64,000 nt of DNA, taken from Marsupella aquatica. Its lineage: Eukaryota; Plantae; Marchantiophyta. Positions within the stretch are counted from its first letter, which is position 1; the number at the start of each line of letters is the position of its first letter. The stretch is taken from contig OZ316897.1 of the NCBI GenBank assembly GCA_973895155.1, positions 3,814,211 to 3,878,210 on the forward strand, written 5' to 3'. The notes under the pieces were generated by a model that was not told the DNA's origin, made no database searches, and was given only the letters and a program-made list of their open reading frames with translations. The position numbers and the translations under genes are program-made. Positions 63,975-64,000 of the stretch are shown in pieces.

Positions 63975-64000
63975 CTGCATCCAAGAAAGCACTGCCCTTC

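Overview
Eukaryotic nuclear DNA from a land plant, probably a bryophyte-grade or other non-seed lineage (inferred from protein divergence and repeat types; the species cannot be identified). Five conserved genes lie on the minus strand: a 2-exon GT92/GALS galactan synthase, an intronless plastid ATP-phosphoribosyltransferase (HISN1), a 3-exon AHA1 Hsp90 co-chaperone, a 3-exon 9x CCHC zinc-knuckle (CNBP/GIS2-like) protein, and the 3' ~20 exons of COG3. The plus strand carries a stand-alone PGG-domain ORF and a 4-exon pseudogene fragment of a TrmA/RlmD-like RNA methyltransferase. CpG-poor, TE-rich spacers contain a decayed Ty1/copia element, two convergent copia 5' ends, three MITE/foldback elements and many local tandem duplications. 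The most unusual element is a near-intact CRE-like non-LTR retrotransposon (RT, zinc knuckle and restriction-like endonuclease, with an atypical LSDD catalytic motif and one in-frame TGA), plus a possible related 3' stub inserted in a copia LTR. Other candidates are an ALY/REF-type UAP56-binding motif spliced onto the zinc-knuckle protein and the retrogene-like HISN1. All assignments come from motif recognition by eye; no searches were run.
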